Assembly (NCBI GenBank): GCA_963806875.1
Contig: CAWDYU010000003.1
Coordinates: 364,881 to 428,880 of the forward strand
DNA: 64,000 bases
DNA from: an uncultured Gemmatimonadales bacterium
GTDB lineage: Bacteria; Gemmatimonadota; Gemmatimonadetes; Gemmatimonadales; GWC2-71-9
Direction: 5' to 3'
In this document: positions 1 through 10,379 of the stretch, in pieces
How positions within the stretch are numbered: position 1 is the first letter of the stretch
Layout of the letters: each line of letters starts with the position of its first letter
Notes under the pieces: generated by a model
Databases searched by the model: none
What the model saw: only the letters and a program-made list of their open reading frames with translations
What the model was told of the DNA's origin: nothing
Made by a program: the position numbers and the translations under genes

Positions 1-567
1 GACCAGAAGGCGCGAGAAGGCGGGGCCCAGACCGTTGGCACTGGACAACAAGCCGCGCTCGCTGTTCCGGGCGGCATCGACAATCGACACGCCACGGGTG
101 AGGTCAGTGAGGTCGGAATGTCGATCGAACTGGTCGAGTTCATCGCCCTGGACGACTCTCCCTGAAATCCCACCCAGTCGTGTGGCGCGCGGGTCGATCG
201 TCTCGACCGCCTCGATCGGCGGAGGTCGCTGGGGCATCGTGATTGCCAGGTCCGTTGTCACCCCGGCATTCGCATCGACCGACGCAGCCCTCACGGGCTG
301 GTACCCGACCTGCTCCGCGAGGACGGCATAGCGCCCCGGCGGAACGAGATCGAACGCGAATCGTCCCGCCTGATCCGTTGTTGCCGTGCGAAACGCGACC
401 CCGCGACGCTCGAGGGTCACGAAGGCGCCCCGGACCGGCGAACCGGCTGGGTCGGACACCGTACCCGTGACCCGGGACGCGGTGATGCTCTGGGCTGCGA
501 GCGGCGCGGATGCAAGGCTGGCGAGCAGCACCATCGCTGCAATGCGGGGAACTCCGAGGATGCTCAT
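1..567 (-). CDS. TonB-dependent receptor-like protein, N-terminal part (signal peptide plus carboxypeptidase-regulatory-like domain); truncated by window edge
   Basis: Not in the ORF track; translated by hand from ATG at 567: MSILGVPRIAAMVLLASLASAPLAAQ-SITASRVTGTVSDPAGSPVRGAFVTLE...TTDQAGRFAFDLVPPGRYAVLAEQVGY, open to position 1. Confidence 0.75.
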   Translation of the reverse strand, partial: MSILGVPRIAAMVLLASLASAPLAAQSITASRVTGTVSDPAGSPVRGAFVTLERRGVAFRTATTDQAGRFAFDLVPPGRYAVLAEQVGYQPVRAASVDANAGVTTDLAITMPQRPPPIEAVETIDPRATRLGGISGRVVQGDELDQFDRHSDLTDLTRGVSIVDAARNSERGLLSSANGLGPAFSRLLV

Positions 568-611
568 GGCGGACCCGGGTCGAGGAGGCGCACGTTCATG
601 CTCGCCTGACG

Positions 612-629
612 TTGCACGAGGGGTGCCAC
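612..629 (-). promoter_or_regulatory. putative sigma54 (-24/-12) promoter for the TonB-dependent receptor gene
   Basis: Minus strand reads TGGCAC-ccctc-GTGCAA, with GG and GC separated by the canonical 10 nt. Confidence 0.55.
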
Positions 630-687
630 GACAAATGCCCCCATGCTCCAGGGATCGGCCGGCGCCAGCCTGCGCTAGATTGCAGGG

Positions 688-1860
688 GTGTCGCGCCTTT
701 CCTTCCGTGCCCGTCTTTTCCTGGCGCTCCTGACGGCCACCGTGCTCCCGGTGACGATCGTCACCGGCGCTGGCGTCTATGTGCTGCAGAACCTTCCAAG
801 TGTCCAGGTGGCGAAGGCTGTCACCGACCTGGAACGGACGTTCATTACGTTGAACCGCGAACTGGCACTCGACTCGTTGCGTGATGGCTCATTGCTCGCG
901 CTCGACCGTCACCGGACCACCGTTGGTTATATCGTCGAGAAGACGCCGTTGGCGATCGACATCAAGGAATCGGTGCCGCAGGTGTTCGGTGCTGTCATGC
1001 TGATCGCCGCCGTGGTAATGGTGCTCACGGTGATGTTCGTCGGACGCAAGCTCTCGGCGCAGCTCTCGGCGCCCCTCGACGAGGTCGTGGACTGGACCGG
1101 TCGCATCCAGCGCCACGAGGTGCTCGACACCGATACGCCGGACGATCGGGGGATTCCCGAGTTCGCCGAGCTCCGCGCAGCGCTGCGCAACCTGGCGCAT
1201 GGACTCGACCAGGCGCGTGATGCCGAGCTGGAGGCCGAACGTCTCCGTGCATTCGGTGAGGTCGCCCGCCGGGTGGCCCACGAGATGAAGAATCCGCTGA
1301 CGCCGATCCGCCTGGCGGTTTCCCAACTCAGTCGCAATGCGACCCCCGAAACTCGGGAAGTGCTCGACGTGATCGCGGTCGAATCGGCGCGACTCGAGGC
1401 CATGGCCCGTGAGTTCGCCGAACTCGGCCGGCTGCCCGAGGGGATCGCCGCGCCTGTCGACCTCCGGGAACTGATCGACGATCTGCTCCGAAGCACCGTC
1501 CCAGACTCGATGCTCAGGGAGTTCGTCGCCGAACCGGACGTCCCGGAAATCAGCGGCTATTATGACCCCCTCCGCCGGGCCTTCAGCAACGTCTTCAGGA
1601 ATGCTGTCGACGCTTGCAGTGGCGAGGGTTCGCTGAGGGTAAGGCTGAGATCGGGGGAGGGATGGGTGGAGGTCGCGATCAGCGACAACGGCCCGGGAGT
1701 GCCTGAGGCCCAGCGCGAAATGATCTTCCGCCCTTACTACACCGACAAGCGGGATGGCACCGGACTCGGGCTCGCGATTGTCCGCCAGACGATAGAGCAG
1801 CACGGCGGCGCCATATCGGTCTCGGATTCGCATGGTGGCGGCGCTACTTTCATCGTCCGA
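688..1860 (+). CDS. membrane sensor histidine kinase (HAMP-HisKA-HATPase), NtrY-like; native C-terminus appears displaced
   Basis: Two TM segments, H-box VAHEMKNPLTPI, N-box NVFRNAVDA, DNGPG, GTGLGLAI, GGATFIVR. The ORF reads on to 2136 through unrelated sequence. Confidence 0.9.
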
Positions 1861-2043
1861 TCTGGCGGTGGACGACGGCTGTTCGGTGCCTCCCTCTTGT
1901 TGCTCTCGTTGCGATGTCCAAACGCCGCCACCCACGTTCGGCCTCGGGCCGGCCGCATACGCGCCTTGAGGAGACCAAGGACCGGGTGGGGTGTGCTGGC
2001 GCAAAGCTTGCGCGGCCACCCCGTATGCCCCCCGTTAGCCCCC

Positions 2044-3486
2044 GTGATCGAGCTGCCCGACACCCCCCCGCTGGACACCGGCCCAGCTGGGCTGATAGCA
2101 GCCACCATAGCCTTCGCGCTTCATTGGGGTGGCTAACGCGCGGACGCACGGAGACGTGGACGAGGCGACCCATCTCGCCTTGCCAACTCGCTCGCCTCGG
2201 GCCGATACCACGATGAGTTCCTCGTCGGACTCCCCCGCATGCGCAGTATCCGCCCCTCATGTCCGTGTGGCTGCTCTTGCTTGGAATCATTTCATCCAAC
2301 CTCGACCTCGTCCGCGCGGCCAACCTCTTTCTGTTTGGCGTCTCGTCACTGCTGGTTGGTGATGCGCTGCGACGGCTGCATGCTCCGACAGTCGGGGTCG
2401 CCGCAGTCGTGGTCACCATGTTCAATCCCGCCCTGCTCACGATCGCTGGAACGCTCAGGTCCGAAACTTTATTCTTGACGCTGACTACTGTCGCGTTGTG
2501 GGCGACCATCGCGACGCGCAGTTCGAGCGGAAAACCAAGAACCGCACTTGCAGCAACCGCTGCCGCGGCCGCATTTCTCACCAGGTCGGCTGGACTTTCG
2601 GTACTGGGGGCGATCGCGATGCGAGCGATCTTCAGCACTCGCCGGACGGCCCTTATCACGGCAGCGATCGCGTTGACGGCAGGAGGGTTTCTGGTTCGGC
2701 TACACGGGGCGGGCGTCAGATGCGACGGTTGGTCGAAGTTACGCCTTGGACTTGGCGCAAATTCCCGGAGCCCGCGGCCATCGCGAAGCGCATGGCAATC
2801 GTGACGGTCTCACACATCATCCGCACACCGTTTCTTCAGTTCGGTGCGCCAAACCTTCCGGGACACCACTCGACACGGCGTTTTACGTACTGCTGTTCGG
2901 CGGCGCCTTCATGGTGGGAATCTGGCACCTGTACACTCGTTGGCCCGCAGCGGCAGTCCGCCTCGTCCTCGCTCTCGGCCTGCTCGTGGTCTGGCCTTGG
3001 GCGCTGCCGCGACTCGTTACGCCGACCGTTCCGTGGGTCGTGGTTTCGATGCTTCTGGGCGTCCGCGCGATCGCATCGCGGAAGAGCGACCGGACAGGGA
3101 ACCTGGAGTATGAGTTTGGCGGCGGCAGCCCTCGCAGTGGCGGGCATCAGCTCGGCGGCGGCGGCGAACGTCGCAAGATCGATGCCGGCGCAGATGGTTG
3201 GCTGATCGAGAACGATGCGCACGACCGGAGGCTCCCTACTTCATGCCTGCTGCCCGCTAGTCCGAGACTCGATCCCGTCCAGCGCCGTGATCGCGACAGC
3301 CGACCCGGCGACGATTTACTATCTCTCAGGTCACCGGACCGCCCGATCTTGGAACGTGGACGGCGCGATTCAGCCGTCTGCTGTCGGTCGAGGCTGGCAC
3401 TTCACGTCTAATAATTTTGACGCGAAGTACGGTGAATGAACAGAACATGGATAGGCGATGACTTCTTCGTCGTTGTGAAGAGATGA
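2044..3486 (+). CDS. polytopic GT-C (ArnT/PMT-like) membrane glycosyltransferase, heavily frameshifted; boundaries approximate
   Basis: Stitched frames give DEATHL...SLASGRYHDEFLVGLPPHAQYPPL, LRSETLF, AAFLTRSAG and many TM helices. Confidence 0.5.
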
Positions 3487-3841
3487 CCGTGTTGCAGCAT
3501 TTCCCACTCGGCACCGTTCTGTTCGCCGCGCGACACGAAGAAAGAGACGATCGCGACGCCTGCCACGCGCTAGGGAAGCACAAGAGCGAAGTCGGCGTCG
3601 ATTCCTGATTCGTTCGTCGAGTTTTGGCGACAGCGTCGCCTCCACGGCCGCCGCCGACTTCGATTACGATCGTCACGATGTTCGAGATGTCGCACGATGC
3701 TATCGGCACATGAATTGCCCTTTGGCGGTGCGTTGGGACTGTCAGCGGAGGAATACCTGTACCGACCAATCCAGTACATGTGCGTGAGCCATCGGCTACC
3801 GGGGTGTGGCGATTCCCGCGGGCGTCCGGTGAGAATCGCGG

Positions 3842-5372
3842 ATGAGCCAGTCTCTGCCTCACCACGTTCCCGGACCCCGCACCGTACGCCCGTTGGCCAA
3901 GGGCGACCGGGTCGTCGTCATCGGCGCCGGCCCGGCCGGCCTGACCGCGGCCTACCTCCTCGCCAAGGCCGGCCACGCGGTGACGGTGCTCGAGGGCGAC
4001 ACCATCGTGGGCGGCATCTCCCGCACCGCGCAGTACAAGGGCTTTCGCTTCGACATCGGCGGCCACCGGTTCTTCACCAAGATCCAGCCGGTCGAGGATC
4101 TGTGGAACGAGATCCTGGGCGACGACTTCATCAGCGTTCCCGCGCATGTCCCGCATCCACTACGACGGCAAGTACTTCGACTATCCGCTGAAGGCGATGA
4201 ACGCGCTGAGCGGGCTGGGCATCATCAACGCCGTCCGCATCGTCCTCAGCTACCTCAAGGCGCAGCTTCAGGCCCTCGCCGATCGAGGACAATTTCGAGC
4301 AGTGGGTGACGAACCGGTTCGGCAAGCGCCTGTACGAGATCTTCTTCAAGACGTACACCGAAAAGGTGTGGGGCATCCCCTGCACCGAGATTCGCGCCGA
4401 ATGGGCCGCGCAGCGCATCCAGGGCCTCTCGCTGGCCCGCGCCATCCTGAATGCCACCGCCTTGCAGCGCCGCAGCGTGCACATCAAGAGCCTCATCAAT
4501 GAGTTCCGGTATCCGCGACTCGGCCCCGGGCAGATGTGGGAGGTGTGCACCGACCGTCTTCGCGAGATGGGCTCGGAGGTGCTGCTCGGCACACTTCGTC
4601 CGGCAGATCCGGACGGTTGACGGTGAGGTCGTCGGGGTCGACGTGGAAACCGCGGACGGTCCGCAGTTTTTTGCAGCCGACCACGTGATCTCCACGACCG
4701 ACGTCCGGTCGCTCGTCCGCGCGCTCGAGCCCGCGGTGCCCGCACCGCGTGCGCGCCGCGGCTGAGGGCCTGCGTTACCGGGACTTCCTCGTGGTCGCGC
4801 TGATCCTCGAGACCGAGGATCTCTTCCCCGACAACTGGATCTACATCCACACGCCCGGGAGTCCGGGTCGGTCGCATCCAGAATTTCAACAACTGGAGCG
4901 CCGCGATGGTGCCCGACGCCGGGACAAACCTGTCTCGGCCTCGAGTACTTCTGCTTCGAGGGCGACGGTCTCTGGGAATCGTCCGACGACGAACTCGTCG
5001 CCCTTGCGGCACAGGAACTGGAGCAGCTCGGCCTGGTGCCGCCGGGACTCGTTCGCGACGGTACGGTGATTCGCATGCCCAAGGCGTACCCGATCTACGA
5101 CGCCGAGTACCGCGAGCATCTCGACAATGTGCGCGACTGGATCGACCCGATCCCGAACCTGCACACGGTCGGGCGCAACGGGATGCACAAGTACAACAAC
5201 CAGGACCACTCGATGCTGACCGCGATGATGGCGATCTGGAACATGCAGGGCGCATCGCATGACATCTGGGCAGTGAACACCGACTTCGAGTATCACGAGG
5301 AGCAGCGACTCGAGAGCCCCGCTGCCGCCGACGCCGCAACCGGCGGGCGCGGCGCAGCGGAGGGCATCATGA
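3842..5372 (+). CDS. FAD-dependent oxidoreductase of the UDP-galactopyranose mutase/protoporphyrinogen oxidase-like family, several frameshifts
   Basis: VVIGAGPAGL FAD motif, FDIGGHRFF, YTEKVWG, WAAQRI, YPRLGPGQMWE, AYPIY, VGRNGMHKYNNQDHSM spread over successive ORF fragments. Confidence 0.85.
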
Positions 5373-6403
5373 CCGCCAGGCCGCGCCTCAGCGTGATCAT
5401 GCCGGCACACCAGGCCGCGCACCTTCTCCCCGACACGATCGGCGGCGCTCCAGGCCAGTACGCTGGCTCGGTCCGACTGGGAGCTGATCGTCGTCGACGA
5501 CGCAAGTCGTGACGGACACCGCCGAAGTTGCGGCGCGACTGGGCTGACCGGCGTGATCCGGCTTCCGTCGCCACCGCGCGGCCCTGGCGGTGCTCGCAAC
5601 GAGGGCGCACAGGTCGCGTCGGGTGAATGGCTGATGTTCGTCGATTCGGACGTGCGGGTGCATCCCGATGCGCTCGCGCTGATGGTCGACGCCATGATCG
5701 TGACACCGACCGCGCTGGTGGCCGTGTTCGGGTCCTACGACGCCAGCCCGAGGCGCGCGGCCTCGTGAGCGAGTACCGCAACCTGCTGCACCGCTACACC
5801 CACCTGGTGGGCGCCGGCGAAGCGGAGACGTTCTGGGCAGGTTGTGGCGCCGTCCGCCTGGATGCGTTCCGTCGGGTCGGGGGATTTGACACTGCGCGGT
5901 TTCCGCGGCCCCAGATCGAGGACATCGACCTCGGCTATCGCCTGCGCGATCGTGGCGGGCGGATCCTGCTCGACCCCCGCATCCAGGGTACGCACCTGAA
6001 GCGCTGGACGCTGATGAGCATGTGGCGGACCGATCTGTTGGATCGTGGTATACCGTGGATGGGCTTGCTCATCGAGCGTCGCCAGCGCAACGCGACCGCG
6101 CTCAACACCGGTCGCGCGGAACAGTTGAAGGTGGCCCTGGCCGCACTGGGTGTGTCCCTGCTGGTCGTCGCAGCGGTGCTCGGGAGCATGGTGCTGGCGT
6201 CCGCCGGCGTGACTGCGCTCGTGGCGCTCGTCATGACCAACCTCGCCGTCTACCGCTGGTTCGCGGCCCAACGGGGTTGGCGCTTTGCCCTCTCGGTGAT
6301 CCCGCTTCACCTCGGCTATTATGTCAGCAACTCCGTGGCTGCAGCAATCGGTACTGCTCGCCACCTTATCCGCCTGCCACCCCCGGTGCTGATTCATGCA
6401 TGA
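5369..6403 (+). CDS. glycosyltransferase family 2 with C-terminal TM helices, frameshifted
   Basis: LSVIMPAH, ELIVVDDAS, GPGGARNEG, FVDSD (DxD), VGGFD, IEDIDLGYRL. Confidence 0.85.
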
Positions 6404-6827
6404 GAACCGACTGGAGGCCGCGTCGCCCCGATCCCCCATCGCACGGGGACCCGACCGGAGGGCGCAGGACCGGCGCGCGCAGCCGAGGGAGCCCGAAATG
6501 GGCCTGCTCTTCGCGCCACTGCACAAGCGCGCGCTCGGTTTCGGTGTCGGCGCGGCATCGGCGTTGCTGACACTGCTGATGACCGCGGTTCCACTGGTCA
6601 CGGGCACGACTGACGAACTCTCACTGCATCTGGTTGCGCAGTACTTCAATGGGTACACCGTGACCTGGCCCGGTGCGTTCGTGGGTGCCGCATGGGCCGG
6701 ATTCGTGGGGTTTGTGGCAGGCTGGTTCGTGGCATTCGCCCGCAACGCCGTGCTCGGCATACGACTCGTCGTGCTGCGGGCCCGGGCTGAGTTCATGCAG
6801 ACCCGCGACTTTCTCGATCACATCTGA
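6396..6827 (+). CDS. small two-TM membrane protein, paralog of the next gene
   Basis: Two hydrophobic helices flanking LVAQYFNGYTVT; overlaps the GT2 stop. Confidence 0.7.
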   Translation: MHENRLEAASPRSPIARGPDRRAQDRRAQPREPEMGLLFAPLHKRALGFGVGAASALLTLLMTAVPLVTGTTDELSLHLVAQYFNGYTVTWPGAFVGAAWAGFVGFVAGWFVAFARNAVLGIRLVVLRARAEFMQTRDFLDHI

Positions 6828-6847
6828 ATTCTGTTCCGGAGCATCAA

Positions 6848-7156
6848 TTGAGTGACTTGACACAGGAAGAGGCGCGTGAAGTCGAGCGCGTCATGATGAA
6901 GCTCAACGCGCAGGCCTGGGGCGTGTCATTCGGCCTGATCTTCGGGCTTGGATTGTTCATCGCCACGATCATCCTCGTGATCAAGAGTGGCGAGAACCCC
7001 GGCCAACACCTGGAGCTCCTGGCGGTGTATTTCCCCGGCTTCCGGGTCAGCACACTGGGCGCGTTCATCGGCTTCGTGTACGCCTTCGTCGTGGGCTACG
7101 GATTCGGCCGCCTGATCGGCTGGGTCTACAACATGTTCGCCGGAACTCGCCGATAG
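6848..7156 (+). CDS. small two-TM membrane protein
   Basis: Two hydrophobic helices flanking LLAVYFPGFRVS; GGAG upstream of a TTG start. Confidence 0.75.
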   Translation: MSDLTQEEAREVERVMMKLNAQAWGVSFGLIFGLGLFIATIILVIKSGENPGQHLELLAVYFPGFRVSTLGAFIGFVYAFVVGYGFGRLIGWVYNMFAGTRR

Positions 7157-7271
7157 CGGCGGGGTCGCCTCACCGGCGACCACCTCAGCTACCTTCCGGG
7201 TGCGTTGCGGGCCCGGCGCCAGCGGACTGGCGGCGCGATGCCCGCGTCACCTCCCCTGTCCGGTCCCGCGA

Positions 7272-8644
7272 ATGAGCACGAAAATCCTGATCGTCGACGA
7301 CGAGACCAACATTCGCCGGATGGTCGGTGCGCTGCTCAAGGCCGAAGGGTTCGACGTGGCCGAGGCACCCAACGGCAACGCTGCGCTCCTCGCCATCCCC
7401 GACGTACAACCAGACCTCATCCTGCTCGACCTGATGATGCCCCCGGGCCCCGACGGCCTGGCAACCCTCGAACAGATCCGCAGGGGCGACGCCGACATCC
7501 CGGTCATCATGATGAGCGGCAAGGCCCAACTCGCCGACGCCGTGCGCGCCGTGCAGATGGGCGCATTCCAGTTCCTCGAGAAGCCCCTTGCGCCAGAATC
7601 GCTGCTTGTCGCGGTGCGGTCCGCCGAGACGCTGGTGCGTACGCAGGCAGAAAACCGCGCCCTTCGCGAGCAACTCGGTCCCGAGCCCGACCTCATCGGA
7701 TCCAGCGCCGAGATCGAGCGAGTTCGCGAGCTCATCGCCCAGGTTGCTGCCACCGACGCGCGGGTGCTGATCCTCGGTGAGAGCGGCACCGGCAAGGAGC
7801 TCGTCGCCAATGCGATCCATCGCCTCTCTTCTCGCGCTTCGCAGGCGTTCGTGTCGGTGAACTGCGCGGCGATTCCCCGGGACCTGGTCGAGAGCGAAAT
7901 GTTCGGCCATGAACGCGGAGCATTCACCGGGGCCACTGACCGCCGGATCGGTCGGTTCGAGCTTGCCGATGGCGGCACGCTCTTTCTCGACGAGGTTGGC
8001 GACCTCCAGCTCGAGGCGCAGGCAAAGCTTCTGCGTGTGCTCGAGAGTGGCGAGATCCAGCGGATCGGTGCCGAACGAGGTAGACGAGTCGACATCAGGG
8101 TCCTGGCAGCGACGAACCGCCGCCTGGAGGAAGCCGTCGCGACCGGCGGATTCCGCGAGGACCTGTATTTCCGCCTCAATGTTTTCCCGATCGAGGTGCC
8201 ACCACTGCGGGAACGGCTCGGCGATCTCCCAGAGCTGGTGCGTCACCTCGCTGCGCGCCTGCGGCCACGACATCCCACGCGGTTCACCGATGAGGCCCTG
8301 CGCCAGCTCGGCGCGCACTCGTGGCCCGGGAACATCGGGAACTGGCCAACCTCGTGGAACGGCTGTCGATCGTGGGCGGCGACGAAGTGACCGGAGAGCT
8401 CGTGCCCCGCGTGCTGCGGATCACGGCGCCCGCTGCACCCGAGCCCGGGGCGGGGGAATCGTTCACGGGCGGTGACACCCGTCCGCTCACCGATCGTCTC
8501 GATGATTACGAGCGCAACCTGATTGAGGGCGCATTGCACGCCGCATCGACAAACATTGCGGAAGCGGCGCGCTTGCTGAAGACCGATCGCGGGAACCTGT
8601 ACCGCCGGATGCGTCGGCTGGGAATTCGTGGAGGTGGTGAATGA
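7272..8644 (+). CDS. sigma54-dependent response regulator (NtrC/NtrX family: REC-AAA+-HTH), frameshift near 8340
   Basis: ILIVDDE, LLDLMMP, GESGTGKE, GHERGAFTGA, LFLDEVG, FREDLYFRLN, WPGNI|RELAN, HTH NIAEAARLL...NLYRRM. Confidence 0.93.
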
Positions 8645-10374
8645 AATGCTCGACTCCTCAGCGGCGGTGGCTGATCCCGTTCGCCCTCATGGGCCTGGTC
8701 CTGATAGCGCCGCATGAAGGCGCCGCGCAGGACTCGACCCGTACCATCGATTTCAGCGCCATGGATACCCTGCCCGGTGACGAAATTCCCGATCCCGTCC
8801 TGCGGGCCGCGATCGCACAGTTCAATGCGCCGTCGACGACGCGAACCCACGGCACCCTTGTCGTGACTGCGGGCAACACGATCGACGGATCGCTCGGTGT
8901 CCACCGCGGCACATTGCGCGTTGCCGGGACGGTGAGGGGTGACATCGTTGTCCTGAACGGTGACCTGCGGATCGACGACGGCGGCCGGGTGGTGGGCAAC
9001 ATCGTCGTGCTCGGCGGCCGTATCGTGCTGGCCCCTGCGGCCATGCATCAGGGGAGCCGGCGTGAGTTCGCCGGCGTTGCCCCGGTGGGCACGCAACCCG
9101 ACGGAACGATCACCATGCGGGCCCGCCGGCGCGGGCTTTCGGAGTACACGTCGGCGAGTGCCACGTTCGTCACGGGACCCGTGCAGACCACCGTTCGCGC
9201 GGAAGCTGATGCGTACAACCGGGTCGAGGGGCTGCCAATCGTCATCGGGCCGACGCTGCGGTGGCGGCCGGATGACGCCACTGCCGTTCGCGTTCACCTC
9301 GCGGGTATCGTGCGGACTGCAGCCGACCCCGACGGACTGCGCAACGACTTCGGGTGGCGCGCAGGAATCGAGATCGCACGACTCGATCCCGTGCCGCTCA
9401 CGCTGAACGTCGACGGCGGCTCCGCAATCGTGCCGCTCGTGGACCAGGCCTTCTCCTCCCTCGAATCGGGGTTGAGCGCGTTCCTGATGCGTCGCGACTA
9501 TCGTGACTGGATGAACTCCAGCGGTGTCGGGATCCGGCTCGCCTACCGTCCGCAGCCGACTCTCTCTGCGAGCATCGGTGCACGCTGGGATCGCGAACGG
9601 ACTGTCCGCGCCGTCGACGCCTTCACGCTGCTCCGGGCTGACGAGGTCTGGCGACCAAACCCGGCGATCGACGACGGCGACTACCGGACGCTTGGTGCGA
9701 CCGTTCAATGGGACAGCCGCGACGACCCGACGAGGCCGCTTTCTGGCTGGCTCGTTCGCGGAGGCGTCCAGCACATCACCAGCGACAAGCTCAGCCCGAT
9801 CACGCTGCCGAGCCTGGTGCGCGATGACATGCCCACGACCAACTACGGGTCGACCGACATCGAGTTCGATATCCGTCGGTACCTCCGCCTCGATCCCCGG
9901 CAGGCGGTTCATGTCCGCGTTGCCGGCGGCGGATGGGTGGGCGGAGATCCGCTCACCGTTCAGCGGCGTCGCTCGATGGGTGGCGCCGATCCCCTGGCCG
10001 GGTTCGGGTTCCGGGAAGTCACCTGCGACCGCCGACGCCGACCGGACCCGGCCGCGACCGCACTCTGTGACCGCCAGCTGATCGCCCAGGTCGAGTTGCG
10101 CCGCACGTTCGACGTCGGCATCAACACGCGTCTCGCTGGTTTTTCGCTCGGCCTCGAGCAGGCCGACGTGATTGTTCTCGCGGATGCCGGAACGGGCTGG
10201 GTTGCGGGGTCGGGGGCCGGTCGGGTTCCGGCAGACCGCATCCAGGCGTTCGATGAGTGGCTCGCCGACGTCGGGGTGGGGATCGAGGGCCGACTCTTCG
10301 GGGTCTTTGTGGCCAAGTCAGTCACCGACAGTGACGGTCCAAGGGTCTCCGTACGGCTCCGCCGCCGCTTCTGA
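8641..10374 (+). CDS. outer-membrane protein with an N-terminal bactofilin-like beta-repeat region and a C-terminal Omp85-like barrel
   Basis: Signal peptide; GTLRVAGTVRGDIVVLNGDLRI repeats; YNRVEGL; WDSRDDPTRP; MGGADPLAGF loop; ends in F. Confidence 0.65.
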   Translation: MKCSTPQRRWLIPFALMGLVLIAPHEGAAQDSTRTIDFSAMDTLPGDEIPDPVLRAAIAQFNAPSTTRTHGTLVVTAGNTIDGSLGVHRGTLRVAGTVRGDIVVLNGDLRIDDGGRVVGNIVVLGGRIVLAPAAMHQGSRREFAGVAPVGTQPDGTITMRARRRGLSEYTSASATFVTGPVQTTVRAEADAYNRVEGLPIVIGPTLRWRPDDATAVRVHLAGIVRTAADPDGLRNDFGWRAGIEIARLDPVPLTLNVDGGSAIVPLVDQAFSSLESGLSAFLMRRDYRDWMNSSGVGIRLAYRPQPTLSASIGARWDRERTVRAVDAFTLLRADEVWRPNPAIDDGDYRTLGATVQWDSRDDPTRPLSGWLVRGGVQHITSDKLSPITLPSLVRDDMPTTNYGSTDIEFDIRRYLRLDPRQAVHVRVAGGGWVGGDPLTVQRRRSMGGADPLAGFGFREVTCDRRRRPDPAATALCDRQLIAQVELRRTFDVGINTRLAGFSLGLEQADVIVLADAGTGWVAGSGAGRVPADRIQAFDEWLADVGVGIEGRLFGVFVAKSVTDSDGPRVSVRLRRRF

Positions 10375-10379
10375 CCTCC

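Noticed and set aside
1861-2136. C-terminal extension of the kinase as a new domain
   Set aside because: It is read-through past the insertion junction and runs into the start of the GT-C gene.
3490-3840. Possible extra gene between the GT-C gene and the flavoenzyme
   Set aside because: No coherent frame or motif could be recovered, and the sequence quality looks poor.
5036-5512. In-frame fusion of the flavoenzyme C-terminus to the GT2 N-terminus
   Set aside because: The region is indel-rich, and a TGA at 5370-5372 overlapping ATG 5369 with an upstream GGAGG fits two coupled genes.
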